Origin: Perkinsus olseni
Taxonomy: Eukaryota
Direction: 5' to 3'
Assembly (NCBI GenBank): GCA_013115125.1
Contig: JABANN010000150.1
Location: 1 to 61,335 of the forward strand
Length of the DNA: 61,335 bases
Shown here: piece after piece, positions 22,387-34,592 of the stretch
How positions within the stretch are numbered: position 1 is the first letter of the stretch
Layout: each line of letters starts with the position of its first letter
Program-made: the position numbers and the translations under genes
Notes under the pieces: generated by a model
The model's database searches: none
Told to the model about the DNA's origin: nothing
Seen by the model: only the letters and a program-made list of their open reading frames with translations

Positions 22387-23503
22387 CTGCTGCATCGGCT
22401 ACGACAAAGTACTGTATCTTAGTTCTACTATATAAATGACAGCACTCACGAGCCCGTTATGTTTTATCAAGTTGTTGTTCGTCGGATGTCTTCCTTGTTA
22501 TTGAGACGTAATCCTTCTGTTAATGTGCCATAACACGATAAGTGATCTTTTCATATAATGACCGGGCTGCTGAATCTACTTTTTATGCCCGTGTAATATG
22601 TTAGAATACGAGTGTGCGTCGTCCTTGTATAATGTTGGTGAGGAAAGTCCTACGGATCGTGTTGTTCTTGATCCTATTTTGACAATGCCTCTGTTTTATC
22701 AAATGCGTGTCGTATGCGCCGCTTTGATTGCCAGCACTATTTAGCACACCGTGTTCGATGTTCTTGAATAACTTTAATAGTCAGGCTCCTTTAATTGTGC
22801 CTCGTCACGTCTTGTCGAGTGACAGGGAGCCGCAATACAATATTCTCTAATGCCGTAGTTATGAGGGAGTTGTTCACTCCTTGTGTTATATTAACTTGAC
22901 TCCATCATTTCCGAAAAGATAACGATATTCTGCGCAAAGTTGAGTTGTTAGTCTAGTGGGGAATGCTCACGTTGTTCGTTCCTCAGCTGGCATCTGAGGC
23001 TTGCCGTGGGTTAACGCGTCAGCTGTCAGTCATCGTTCGGCCAATGGGAGGGTATCCTTTCAAAGGATAGATGGATAATCTCATTTCTAAACTCAAGGTG
23101 CGGTATGAAGCTGTGAGGCGCTGCGCGGAGCTTGGTGGGACTGCCATACACGTGAGTTATTGTGCATCTTGATACACTTGAGTTCTGCTGATGATCTCCT
23201 GAATGAGTGGGCCGCGTAAGGCATGGGTCTAAGCAAAACCCGTCTAGTATCTTTCTCATTCATCGTGAAGCTTAGGTTGGACGGAAGCTACCAGTATAAG
23301 GCTATGAGATCACACGAATCCTGTCTCCGCTTCATCGTCTGCTCAGCTAAAGTGCTAGCGTCATGGTTTCTTGCTACAAATTTTCCTTCTCTGGAGATGG
23401 CGTAACTCTGTGAGACTAGAGTGGCGTTTTGCTTCTATGGACTGTTTGTCATCTGCGCGTAGTCAGACCCTTTCTCAGTTTATATAACCTTTTTTCGTAG
23501 GCC

Positions 23504-24805
23504 ATGTCTTCTACAAAAGGGTCGCCTTCAGCCATCAGCAAAGACGACAGTATCTCTGATATAGAGGAGGCTAAGTCTATCAAGCCTGAGACGAAGACCG
23601 AGCCGGAGCCCAAGGTCGACTTATGGTTACTCTTGCAGTTCCTAATTCTTGGATTTGTGGCACTGGCTCCTTGGAACTTCGTCTTGGCCGATTTGCCTTA
23701 TCTGGATTCCAAGTTCCATAATCACTTTAGTTCAACTGTCCCTATTATCTACTCTGTTGCTGTCAACTTAGCCCAGTTACTCCTAATCTGGGTAGGCAAC
23801 AAGTTTAGTTTTGCACCACGTTTCGATTGGGGCTGTGGAATCCTAGCTGTCTTCAACATCCTCCTGGCTGTTGTTGCTATGACTATTGGTGATGGTAATC
23901 CGTGCCCTAATGAAGGTTTAGGTTTTGGCCTTGCTCTTGTTTGTACTTTCTTGCTCGGTTTTGGACATGCTCTAATGGAGTCTTCTTCCTTCGGTCTTGC
24001 CGCTCTATGCCCTCAGTCATGTATGATTGCTGATATGACTGGTGAGGGTGTTGCCGGTTTGGTGGGTTGGCCTATCAATATGCTGCTGCAAGTGATCTTC
24101 GATGCTGGTAACGTTCGTCGTCAACAGGAGTGGCAGTGTCTCGTATTCTTCTGCGTTACATCTGTCATCACTATCTTCGTTATTCCCATGTATCGATGCG
24201 TCACCTCCAAGCATCCTTATATGAAGAAGGTCTTGCAGATCGAAGAGAACCGTAAGAAGACCAGTTTGAAGACACGTCAGACCAGACGTCCAGTGCTCTA
24301 CATTATCAAGGATATTGCTCCAATGGCTATTTGTGCTTGGGGTACCATGGGCGTGACCTTCGTAGTGTTCCCTGCACAAGTGTCCTACTGGAAGTCCGAA
24401 GACCCTACAAATACTGGTTTTGTAGCACAGGTTATTTATACCTTCCAAGTTGTTGATACCATTGGACGGTTCTTCCCGAGTCTCAAGTTCGACATGCCCG
24501 AATGGTGTCTCATGATTTGGGTTGCTGCTCGTCTTATCTATATTCCACTATTCATATGTGTGAGCTTGTACCCGACACTGATACCCTTCTACTATGATTG
24601 GTTCAAGCATCTCATAATGGGTTGCTTCGCCATCACTAATGGTACTGGTTGTACTTTAGCGATGATGAAGGGACCAAACCATGCACAAGGGTCATCTGAA
24701 GAGGAGGTCTCTGGATACGTTATGGCATTCGGGCTTATTTCTGGTATTTTGTCTGGAAGTATCTTCGGTCTGATTGCGAACATATGTCTCGGACAGAGCA
24801 CTTAA
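23504..24805 (+). CDS. Equilibrative nucleoside transporter paralogue 5
   Basis: GFVALAPWNF, VTFVVFP, FQVVDTIGR, FAITNG; a poly-T+AG acceptor-like site (TTTTTTTCGTAG) ends 3 nt before the ATG. Confidence 0.93.
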   Translation: MSSTKGSPSAISKDDSISDIEEAKSIKPETKTEPEPKVDLWLLLQFLILGFVALAPWNFVLADLPYLDSKFHNHFSSTVPIIYSVAVNLAQLLLIWVGNKFSFAPRFDWGCGILAVFNILLAVVAMTIGDGNPCPNEGLGFGLALVCTFLLGFGHALMESSSFGLAALCPQSCMIADMTGEGVAGLVGWPINMLLQVIFDAGNVRRQQEWQCLVFFCVTSVITIFVIPMYRCVTSKHPYMKKVLQIEENRKKTSLKTRQTRRPVLYIIKDIAPMAICAWGTMGVTFVVFPAQVSYWKSEDPTNTGFVAQVIYTFQVVDTIGRFFPSLKFDMPEWCLMIWVAARLIYIPLFICVSLYPTLIPFYYDWFKHLIMGCFAITNGTGCTLAMMKGPNHAQGSSEEEVSGYVMAFGLISGILSGSIFGLIANICLGQST

Positions 24806-25878
24806 GTGCACGACTTCCGCCTAGCAGAGCACTTTCATCATTGATGGAAAGGCGCTCGTTGTACCATATTGGCCTTTCCCAGGTTTAGTTTCACTTCTCT
24901 GGTTACTCTTCTCTATAATCAAGTAGTGACTGACGCGAGGCGCCTCTCAATGACCACCATCACTATTTTGTCCGTGTGGACAGATATTTTCCTACTGGAA
25001 ATAATATCTTTGTTGTATATTCTAGATTACACACTCGCTCTTATCATCTGCTGTTACTGCTATTACGTTGTTGTTGAACCAAAAAAGTATTTGGTTCTCT
25101 GCAATGTCTTTTGTTTTATAATAAGACCACTGACATCAGTCTCCTGATCGCTTAATTTTTTGGTATATGAGCGAGTGTCTATCGACGAGATAAGTGGGAT
25201 TTTCTCTCTTTCAGACCAGAATAGTCTATGACTTACCAGTCGTGTCTCTCTTGATCCCACTAGACTATACGCTGTATCGGTGTTGTGTGACAACGAGTTG
25301 TTAACATGGTCCAGCGAAGCACGAGGCGACCTTTAAGATAGGTCCATCATAACCATTCCGAGAATGAAACACTGAGAGTAATTCGAAACCAATCCTCATC
25401 TGAATTGCGATTGTGAATTTGTCGTGGCTCACTGTTGTGCTTGATGGAACCGTCACCATGTAGCGCCTCACCCAGAGTAGATTAGGTAGCAGTGTCATTG
25501 TTGCTAGAGCCGAAGCGGCTGGTAGTTCGTGTCAACTTTCATCGAACAATGTCCTTTAGATTATTGAAATCGCTGACTCGTTTTTTGAATCTGCGTACTT
25601 GCCCACTCAACGCCACTTCGTAATATAAATTCATGCACGCCGGAAAAGCGCTACCACCGAAATCAATCAGTAAATGGAAGACAGAACATACTGATCCACT
25701 CCATCCCTTCATGATGATAGTCATAAATATAGGTCAACTTTCCCATTACTTTTTGTGGAAAGAATATCCAACATCGAACTCTCTGTCACCGGATTGAATC
25801 CCCGTGGAGAGTGTTATGCACTACTGGTGTTGTCGGATGCCAACATGGAAGAAAAATCAATGAACCAACAATGGACAA

Positions 25879-28800
25879 TTATTTCAAAGATACACGCCGA
25901 GGGCTGTCAACAGGATGAGTCTGTCGCTTAGTCTTCGACTCTTGTACGCTCTCCCGAACTCGTTCGAACGAGTCGGAGATTGTCTGAGATGGGAGAAGGT
26001 GAAGGTGAAGTCAATGGCAGTGTTACCTCCTGAGAGATCGAGCCTGGCTTCAACGTCGGGGTGTGCTCGTCTCTCCCAGGTGGACAGGCTTTCTCTCTCC
26101 CACTCGACGATGGATCCTCATTCGAGGTGTCACCATGAGAAGTACGGCCTGAGGGGACCGAGTCATCCAGCAGATGGACTGCCTGTTAGGCAGCCAACCA
26201 ACCTGCCCGATACTCCAGGGACGGCTCTCGCAGCCCGGTGGCCTCCTCTAGCGCTGTAGCGACTGTCTCATCGACGAGCATTCGGATGTCTGCCCCGGAC
26301 CAACCGTTCTGAGGTGAGAACTCCGCAGAAGGCGCGCACTGGGACTGAACAATACCGTTTTCCGGGCCCACATCCGTAGGTTGACGGTGTCCTTGGTCAT
26401 GTAACCCGAGTGCAGCAAGCTCTTACACATATTCTGTAGGATCTCAAACCGTTGGTCCTCATCCGGCAGTGGTATTTGAACCTGATGATGATCATCATTA
26501 TACCCATTCCTAGGATAGCAATCCTTACATGAAGACCGAAGCGGCCGTATCGAAGTAGTGCAGGGTCGATGACATCTGGACGATTGGTGGTCCCTGCAGA
26601 TGGCGGTGAGAACAGACACGGGTGCGGTAGTAGTGATGTTACCGATGATGAGGATGTTATTCAGAGGGGTTGTATCCACTCTCCTGCCCGCCATGGACCC
26701 GCTACCACTATCTGAACAAACAGGGTTTGGGAAGGGACGTGAAGAAGGACCGAGGCCTCTCGCTCTGCTACAATCACCAAGGACTTTAGCAGGAGCAGGA
26801 GGGGTACTAGGTGGCCTCGGACCAACAGTGCCTCCATTATGATGATGCCGACCTAAGCGCCTGATACCACCCCTCCACTAAATCAATGCCCTGTACTACT
26901 CCGATTATCCTGTCGACCACTCCCTGGGTAATGTTTCGGGTCGGAAGCTATTGGTAATATACCTACTTGATGAATAGCGCCAAGTGAAGGCAACTGCGCC
27001 CTACTACCGTCCATGCAGGCCAGCAAACATGAGACCAGGGAATCATCAGCCCGACTATTGGTGTCACTCCCTCGAGTCTTGGTCAGTCCATCTATCTCAT
27101 CTAATATTATAATGTGCAATGAGAAGGGGTCGCGGGCAGTCCTCCTGGCGGGCTCGAATAGCTGATAACAGTGGTAACTCGTGTGCTGCCACCATACCCA
27201 ACTACTTGAAACAGCTTGTGCTCGCTCTCGCCGTACCATTTACTCTGAATATCGGGAGCGTGGACCACTTGGATAGTATCACAGTTCAGAGCCTGGAGAC
27301 ATCTGGGGTGCTACCACCACATTGGGTTGCTAGTTCAACGCTACCTGTGAAAGGACCTTCGCCAGGGACGTTTTACCGCATCCAGGAGGTCCCGAGAGGA
27401 GTAAGCCTCGGTGATGCTGCAAGCCCAGGGCCTGAGAGTCCAGGCATGTCCAGGCACTGCTGGCGTTGGACCGTAACAGATCACTTTCAGCTCCTCGGGA
27501 TGTAGTGTTCGAGATAATAGAAGACGCTGTAATGATCGTATCTATATCAGTGTTCTATCATTAATACCCTTCTCTGGGGCGATTACCGAGGCGTGTGGTA
27601 TGCCTGATATACCCCCTCCCTTCACTGCCTCTCCCAGGGTTGCTATCTCCCTCCTACGCCTTGATATTATATCAATAGCTCTGACAAAAGCTACGAGCAT
27701 CTTGCGGCACCGTGGCTGACGAGGTCCAACCTTTCTGTGTCCATACTGCTGTCAGGATTATAATAGTAGTCCTGCCCTTCTATCACCTGTCCAGCTGTCC
27801 CCCTGTGCGAGGCGATCGCTGACGATACAGTATCATCCTTCTGGGGTCGGGGAGGTGTTATAGAGGCCTCCCTGATGTACCTGGGCACCACTATACTTTG
27901 CAGTGGCGATTGGTACCAGGGCCCCCCCACTCTCGCATGCGCTTAGCAAAGGCGCAAGCGTGTGCCATGTATGGTACAGAAATACTCCTTCCGTTGGGTG
28001 GCGACCAGTCTGTAGTAGCATCGCCGCCGAGTATCCTGGTGACGGCACTGTGAGGTATCCAGCTTACTGCGATGATCACTACCCGTTCTCGAAGGGTGTC
28101 GGCAATGCCATTGATGTTCCAGTGAGAGCATAGTGATGGCTACCTATCTGGGTGTCGATGTAGTCCTCAATAAAGTTCCTTATCTATCAACGCTCTCTGC
28201 AGATAGCTTATTACTAGCGCTAGCACTACCCCTCGATGGACCGAATCCTTATCATGCCGGGAGAGGACCTGTAGCAGTCGTATGCCCACATCCTTATCAC
28301 TCTGGACACTGTATTTGAATGTCGAGTATAGATCAGTCGCCAAGGTATCCAGGACCTACTGCGTGGACTGGCAGCGCTGGTTATCGTTACGAGCATTACA
28401 TTCTGTGCCTTAGCGGCATCACAAGGCTTTGATGCAGTAGCTACCAGCCGCTGTACCAGTTGGTCTCTCGTACCATCAGTAGCAACTCCCTTCACTGCTA
28501 GGATCGACTTCAAATCGTTATTGGACAGGGGTTCTAGAGCCAGCTTCAGAGCCTTATCGATACACAATCCCAAGGTATTGAATCGGGTACCTCACCTGGC
28601 CTTGGGAACTACTCTCTCCGCTAGTTGCATCACCATCACCACGGTTATCGACATGCCCACTAGGTGAAGCAGCTGCAGCAGCGCTGCTGCTGCTACTACT
28701 AGCGCGACGTCCCCCATACGGCCGAGCACCATTGCTATACAGAAAGGCAGTAGTGGGGCGCCGTGAACCTGATAGGTAGGGCTAGGTTTGGCGGTGATGA

Positions 28801-28881
28801 CTTAGGCTTACAGAATTGGGTAACATACGCGGCAGTAGTAGTGCCAAGACAACAGCGATGATGAAGGGAGTGCAGCAGCAT
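25879..28881 (-). CDS. NSF/Sec18-like AAA+ ATPase with an N-terminal SAP-like motif (multi-exon; start uncertain)
   Basis: LGLQHHRGLLLSGPPGCGKTSLAK (Walker A, 27369-27392); HAPDIQSKWYGESE; LHIIILDEIDGLTKTRGS (Walker B); LLACMDG; NNILIIG; DPALLRYGR; QIPLPDEDQRFEIL. Confidence 0.75.
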
Positions 28882-29051
28882 GAATGGCCACCTTCCACTG
28901 TATTAAATATTGAGGATGACTGAACACGACATTGAGGATTAGTAATCGAGTAGAGCATGTCCACGGCGGTAGAGTTGAATGATGAATGGTATGATGATCA
29001 ACAAGAGGCATACAAGGACAAAATGCAGCGTGTTTCGACATGCGGCCTTAC

Positions 29052-30645
29052 TTACAATAGACTACCCCTCAGCACCCACCGCATGCTGCTGCTGCCTTGC
29101 AGTAAACACTTTAGCACATCTCCTCCTGAGCCTACTCCATAGGCTGCTGCTGCTGCTGCCAGATCCACGCCTGGCATCATCAAGATTGGGCAACAGAATC
29201 TTCGTCTCACCAACTTCAAAGATCGAACTTGTCCCTCTCCCTGCTAGGAATGCTCTGTATATACGCTTCAGTTGCTCTCAAGGCCGCCACAGGCTACGAG
29301 GATGGACTCCACTGACCACCTTACTTGGACGCGTTCTCTCGCTCGACTTCAACAGATGACGCCACTGTACTCGAGCTGCCAAGCAGTTTGGCACGGCTAC
29401 CTCGTCTCTCACCACAGATGGGTCGCCGATTTCCAGCTGACACACAGAGCCAGATGATACGCCTATCAAAAGCATGCTTGGCCACCACATGAAGGTCCAT
29501 CAGCAGAAGCATCTTCATCAAAATCAGTCATGAACGCCGTTCGCTCGTCCGGACTCTCGGCGACCATTCAGGAATCGTCCAGTAACCCTGAATGAGCCTC
29601 CTGATAGGAATTCGGTCACGAGGATAAGCATACCCAGCCCCTTGACCCTCTAACACTATGTAACGCAACATGGCACTAAGTAACCCTGAACCCTTCCTGC
29701 AAGCATGCCGTTGCTGCTGCTGTTAACAGTACAGCATCATGACGATCATCAATGCAATGAATACTCAATGTCAATCTAATATCATCGAATGACAGTGGTT
29801 GCTGCCTTCTTGCAGTATTCGTAGTGTCAACTATGGGTTAGTCAGTGATACGTGACAGTAGTAATATACGATCAGTCGTGATACATTTCATGACGGTAAA
29901 GAACGAGATGTGAACTTACGCAAATAAGACGAGCACCCAGATGGTGTCGTACTCTACTATTGGACAGCCTTACTAACGGTGAGGTGGGCCGCCGCAGTAG
30001 CAGTGTAGTATGCACTATACGCTTAATACACGGAAGAAGCATGATGCACGAGGACGACAATGGACTGATGGGACGGGAATCGTAGCACTTCTACACAGGA
30101 GAAGATGACACTCAGAATTTCATACTGTTGTAGGAGCCGTTCGGTCCAACCTTCATACGATTGAAGAAACGGCCGAACTCAGTGGTCAAGCATCGACGTC
30201 TGAGGGATCTCAACAGCGATTGCCGTCTGTGAAGGGAGGCTCCCATAACAACGCCCATGGCAGCAGAGCGTACTCACCTCTCTTGCAGTAGGCCATAGTC
30301 TTCCTCGCCAGCGCTGCAGTCTAGGTTGCAGTAATCGAGAGTGGCAGCAGAACGGCTACAGGCTGCAGAAGCAGAAGAATAGGGTTGAATAGCTAGACGA
30401 GGACTTACCTGTAGCTGGGGTTAGATCGACGGACTTAGTGGATTCAGTGTCGCTCTTAAGGGGGGTGTCCTTAGAGTCAACGAAAAGCTCGATATAGAGG
30501 TTGTGAGGTAGGTCCCTGAGAGCATGATCACTTCCACACTTTGGTGAGGAGGGAGTTACCTCTTCAAAGCAGCAGCGGAAAGCCAAGACGGCTTGTCAGG
30601 GTCAAACATAGAAGTGACTTCGGCTACCACGGTCCGGTCTCTCAT
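29052..30645 (-). CDS. Hypothetical multi-exon protein(s); may be two genes
   Basis: Exons join in phase through GT-AG sites (MFDPDKPSWLSAAALKR / DLPHNLYIELFVDSKD / LDYCNLDCSAGEEDYGLLQER / RQSLLRSLRRRCLTTEFGRFF); no family recognised. Confidence 0.4.
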
Positions 30646-31266
30646 CCAGATCAACGTGGCTTTACGGTTATCATTACGTACGTAGTTAGAGGCCAATATC
30701 TGATAGGAAGAGTGCGGCGAAGACTACGAGGAGTACGCCCTACCAGGCATCCACGCCTGATACATCGATCTGCTGCGAGGTCTGAGTTGGCCCGATCAGC
30801 AGGAAGGTTAATGATAGGATCTTCAGTAACAACCAATACCTGTTAACAGGACTATGCACACCCTAATAGCACTATAACCGGTTACACATAGAGGTTCAAG
30901 TAGGAAGGCAAGCAACGTAAAGGGATGTGTGGCCTCTTACTTCATTCTTAGCTATAGTACACTCGGCAAACTTGAGGCCGAACCTAGCATCACGGGCCTC
31001 CTTGGAGATAGCCACGTGCCACACCATTTACGACAATAGTAAGGAAAGCTCAGTCGAAAGGCTTGCCTATCTTCGGCGCGTCATCTTGCAAATCTTGCTC
31101 ACTTGCAATCTCTCAAAAATCTCGAATTCGAAATGCGCAGAGTCGCGTAGGCCTTGCACTTCAGTGGTCCTGTACTCAACGGTATAATCGTCTTTCCTCG
31201 TTGTTGTCAGTACGTTTTTGGTGTTGCTTCCCTCTCTCGACGATGATGCCGTGTTCATCTCGGTCT

Positions 31267-33718
31267 ATGTCGACTCTTCGTCGTGTGAGCCCTCGTGCCG
31301 TAAGGGCCTGCGTCCCACGTCGTGATGTGGAGAAGAAATGGCATAACCTTGGAGAGTTTACTATGACCGAGGCTGATAATGCTGCCTTTCGTGATACTAG
31401 GGTAATGATCTATCATGGTAGTACCGTAAATTGCGTATCTCGTAAGTAGGCTCGCGATACAACAGCGTTGAACACCATCGACAAATATGGTACGGTAGAG
31501 CCGGAGCCAATTGACTGGAAGCGTTGGGAGAAGGAGGTTGGACTTATCGTACACACGCAGGCTAGTGTGAATGGTGTCTCCTCAGATCACCCATAAGGAG
31601 TTGGTGTCTGCCTTGAGGGCCTTTTACACCCAGAACATGCAGATGCTGGATGACTTCGCACAGGAGGATCATAAGAAGGCCGTTAAGGATGTTTGTAGGC
31701 TGGCCAACTCCTCACCCTGCACTAGTGGTATATCGAACGACTTAGGTGGTACCTGGGAGATCTTCGACGAGGCCGTGGTGTCGTGTGAGGACAGTGTTAA
31801 GACTTCCGAGCAGATTGTCAAGAACGGTGCCAGAGCTCTCTACATTAGTTTTAACAACCCTCCTATCTCTCATGCTACTACCTCTGAGTGGTTGGATGCT
31901 GATCAGTAAGAGAGTTTTGTACTACTGGAAGAGGAGAACGTCGCCATAGGTACTGGCAGGCGTTTGTGGAGAAACACATGTACCATGCCAATTACCTGAA
32001 CGCCTTGGCTGAGGACCCGGAGAGCGCTGAGTACATCAAGGGCATAGAGGAGACCACCATGAAGCAATGGCATGTAATAGAGAGAAGTTGTGATAGTTTA
32101 GCTGAAGACACCATTCCCATCAGACCTGGGATGATCGTGGAGTCACTAACCACAACAACAAGTATCTTTACCAGAGGCCCAGCTTCGAGGTGAGGCTTAG
32201 GACGGTTATCTGGCCATTATCATCACGGTCCATTCCTGTATTCAGTATTACGATCTCTACCGAGGACCACTAGTCGAGCATATGATATTCTATCTCACCA
32301 AGACAGGAGGGGATGCACGTACCTTCCCTGAGCTCATGCCTCATCAATGGTTCGCTGAGATCTACAATAACAGGTGATAAGTCGACCGGTGGGGAGGAGG
32401 AGGAGGAGCTGAGCCTCGTACTTGATAGGTTCGAGATGTATTCGGTGCTGCAACGTCGTAGGAGGGCCACACAGGAAGCGGCACTCAGCCGAGAAGCGCA
32501 TTTGGACATGGCCCCTGCCCACATGGACAGCGAGGGCGAACAGTAATACTTCCATCCAGCCTCAGCACTGAGTTCGACCATCATTGTCATTAGGTACTAT
32601 GAGCGTTTACTTTCCAGGGAGAGCAGCATGGTGGAACTCTCTGCTGCCCGCCTTATGGGTAGTACCCTAGTCGTTCTATCGATGCGTCAGTCTCAAGTCG
32701 TACCACCCTCTCAGGTAACTTCATATTCCTCAACGACGCCGCCATACCACTCCAAACGCAATCTGCACTGCTACGCGTGGCACAGGAGTATCCCAATGGG
32801 AAGTACGTACCGCAATGCTTGACGGTGGTGGAATCCTTAGTCCAACGACAGGTTCTATTCCCTCGGTGATGATGTTAACGCACTCTTCTACGTACCTGCT
32901 GGCGAAATAGCCGATGATGAGGTCTGCCCTGTTGATGCCTTCAACGCGTACATGAACTACATGAAACTCACTGGTAGGCAGTTCTTCTTTCTGAAGCACT
33001 AGCCTCCCTCTCTGTAGGTCGGAGGTTCAATCCCGGGTACAACCAAGCTCTGAATATCTTCTACCGCACCTTGGAGTCGAGGAAGCCTGGTCTGGAAGGG
33101 CGTTGGTTCCAGGTGAAAGGTGAAAGTCAGGCTGATGCTTTCCTGAGAAGGCTCAAGGTAGTGCTTTGGAGTCAGCCTCGTCTGTGAAAATTCCGCGTTA
33201 TCAATGTCAGGCTGATGACCCCCACAGGCCCGTGTATGAGGAATACGTCGCTGAGTTGAAGGAGAGGTGGGCCAACAGAAAAGAACTCTCAGAGGCCGAG
33301 GTCATGCCCAAGCTGCTGGAAGTGGAGGGCAAGTACAGGAAGGAGTGTATCGATTTCGATACATTGGTGATGTCTATGAGCGAGGAGGTCAGCTCTGAGG
33401 TGAAGGAGAAGGCTCCCGAGTATGAGGCCCTGATGGCTGATGGTAGTAGTGTTGCTGTCGTGTGAGGGGTGTTACGAGTTGTCGTGGTAGATGGACTGAC
33501 TCACATGATGGCTGATGGCTCTATTGTTGCCATCGATGCGGAGACGCGTCAAGGGTTGGCTAACCAGCAACAGCTCTTCTCGAGGATGACCGACTTCGAA
33601 GCGGGTAGGCTGGTCATTGGCTTGTAGTGCTCGGTGGCACCCCTTGCTATCAGGTAAGGATAAATTTACGGAGAACGTGAACAACACTAAGACTGGTCTC
33701 GACACCAAGAGACATTGA
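31267..33718 (+). CDS. Mitochondrial ATP synthase subunit d, enlarged myzozoan type (multi-exon)
   Basis: Spliced IDWKRWEKE-ITHKELVSALRAFYTQ, KNGARAL..SFNNPP, EWLDADQYWQAFVEKH, YYDLYR..LVEHMIFYLTKTGGD, AARLMG, YSLGDDVNALFY and AFLRRLKADDP closely parallel the Toxoplasma subunit d as I recall it. Confidence 0.85.
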
Positions 33719-33883
33719 ATGGGGATGCTCCTCACGGACCCGACTTGTCGTTTTTAGAAGGCATTCTTGTTCTGGGGTGTAGCAGTTGTAGCACGTACTG
33801 CTGTTACCACTGATAACCCCTATCATCATTAAGCGTGTTTCGGCCTTGGCCTCATGTCTCGTGTTAAGTGAATCTTATTATTG

Positions 33884-34387
33884 TCAGTCTGGCAACTCGG
33901 ACGCCCCCGATTGCGATATCTCGGAAGAGTAGTGGTTGGAGTGATACTGTGTTACATCACGATTCCGGCCGTTCATTGACGCTTCACTACTGCAGTTGTG
34001 GCGGCTCAGTATAGCCTTCTTTTTAATTTTAACCATCTTCACGCTTGTTAACTGTTGGTCGGACATGTTGCTGTTCTCCCACCATCCTGACACCACGTCC
34101 CTTTCTTCCTCCCCATCCCGCACTAGACTAGCCTTTGTGGTATGTGCGGCCGTATGCGCAGCCTGTGGCGCTGCGACCTTACTGGTATTCCGAAGTAAGG
34201 GCCACCATAAGATACGTCGATTGAGGCTGGTAGTAGCCCGTGCTGCGTCTCTTATAGTCACGGAATGGAAGCTGTTGTTACGGTAGGGCGACAGTTTGCC
34301 AAGTCCAAGTGCATAGCCCTGCCATCTCAGGATAGTAGCAGTATCGCTTCGCTCAACCTCCGAGCTGAGGGTCCTCTTGGAACGCAT
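33884..34387 (-). CDS. Hypothetical protein
   Basis: Single open frame (213 codons in the track, first ATG 34387); no recognisable motif. Confidence 0.25.
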   Translation of the reverse strand: MRSKRTLSSEVERSDTATILRWQGYALGLGKLSPYRNNSFHSVTIRDAARATTSLNRRILWWPLLRNTSKVAAPQAAHTAAHTTKASLVRDGEEERDVVSGWWENSNMSDQQLTSVKMVKIKKKAILSRHNCSSEASMNGRNRDVTQYHSNHYSSEISQSGASELPD

Positions 34388-34592
34388 CGATCGTGCCCTA
34401 ACGGAGGTCAGACCGTCTCTCCTGAGGCTTGACGTTTGATGGTATCTTCCATAGGTGCTAGCCGACCGTGATATGGTTGGATTAGCTGTCGCTAGCTCAC
34501 AGCGGAGCAACCAGAACAGTCCCACCGCCGCTCCGGCATCATCGGTTGGAGGTCACAACGGACAAGGGAGGAAACTGAAGCCAGCAGCTACC

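Noticed and set aside
21601..22395. 264-aa antisense ORF, and other antisense ORFs over the ENT genes and PDX1
   Set aside because: Shadow frames of codon-biased sense genes; no independent motifs.
23496..23506. CGTAGGCCAT resembling a relic spliced leader (CCGTAGCCAT...)
   Set aside because: Short and imperfect, explained by acceptor AG plus start codon; the leader's TTGGCTCAAG end is absent.
11673..24805. PDX1 plus ENT array as a functional vitamin-B6/salvage cluster
   Set aside because: No PDX2 or pyridoxal kinase nearby and no sequence evidence of co-regulation; adjacency alone is insufficient.
29590..29640. LVTEFLSGGS kinase-hinge-like peptide on the minus strand
   Set aside because: No other kinase subdomains in compatible frames nearby.
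33020..33040. GGTTCAATCCC tRNA T-loop-like motif
   Set aside because: Lies in an ATP synthase d exon (RRFNPG); no cloverleaf.
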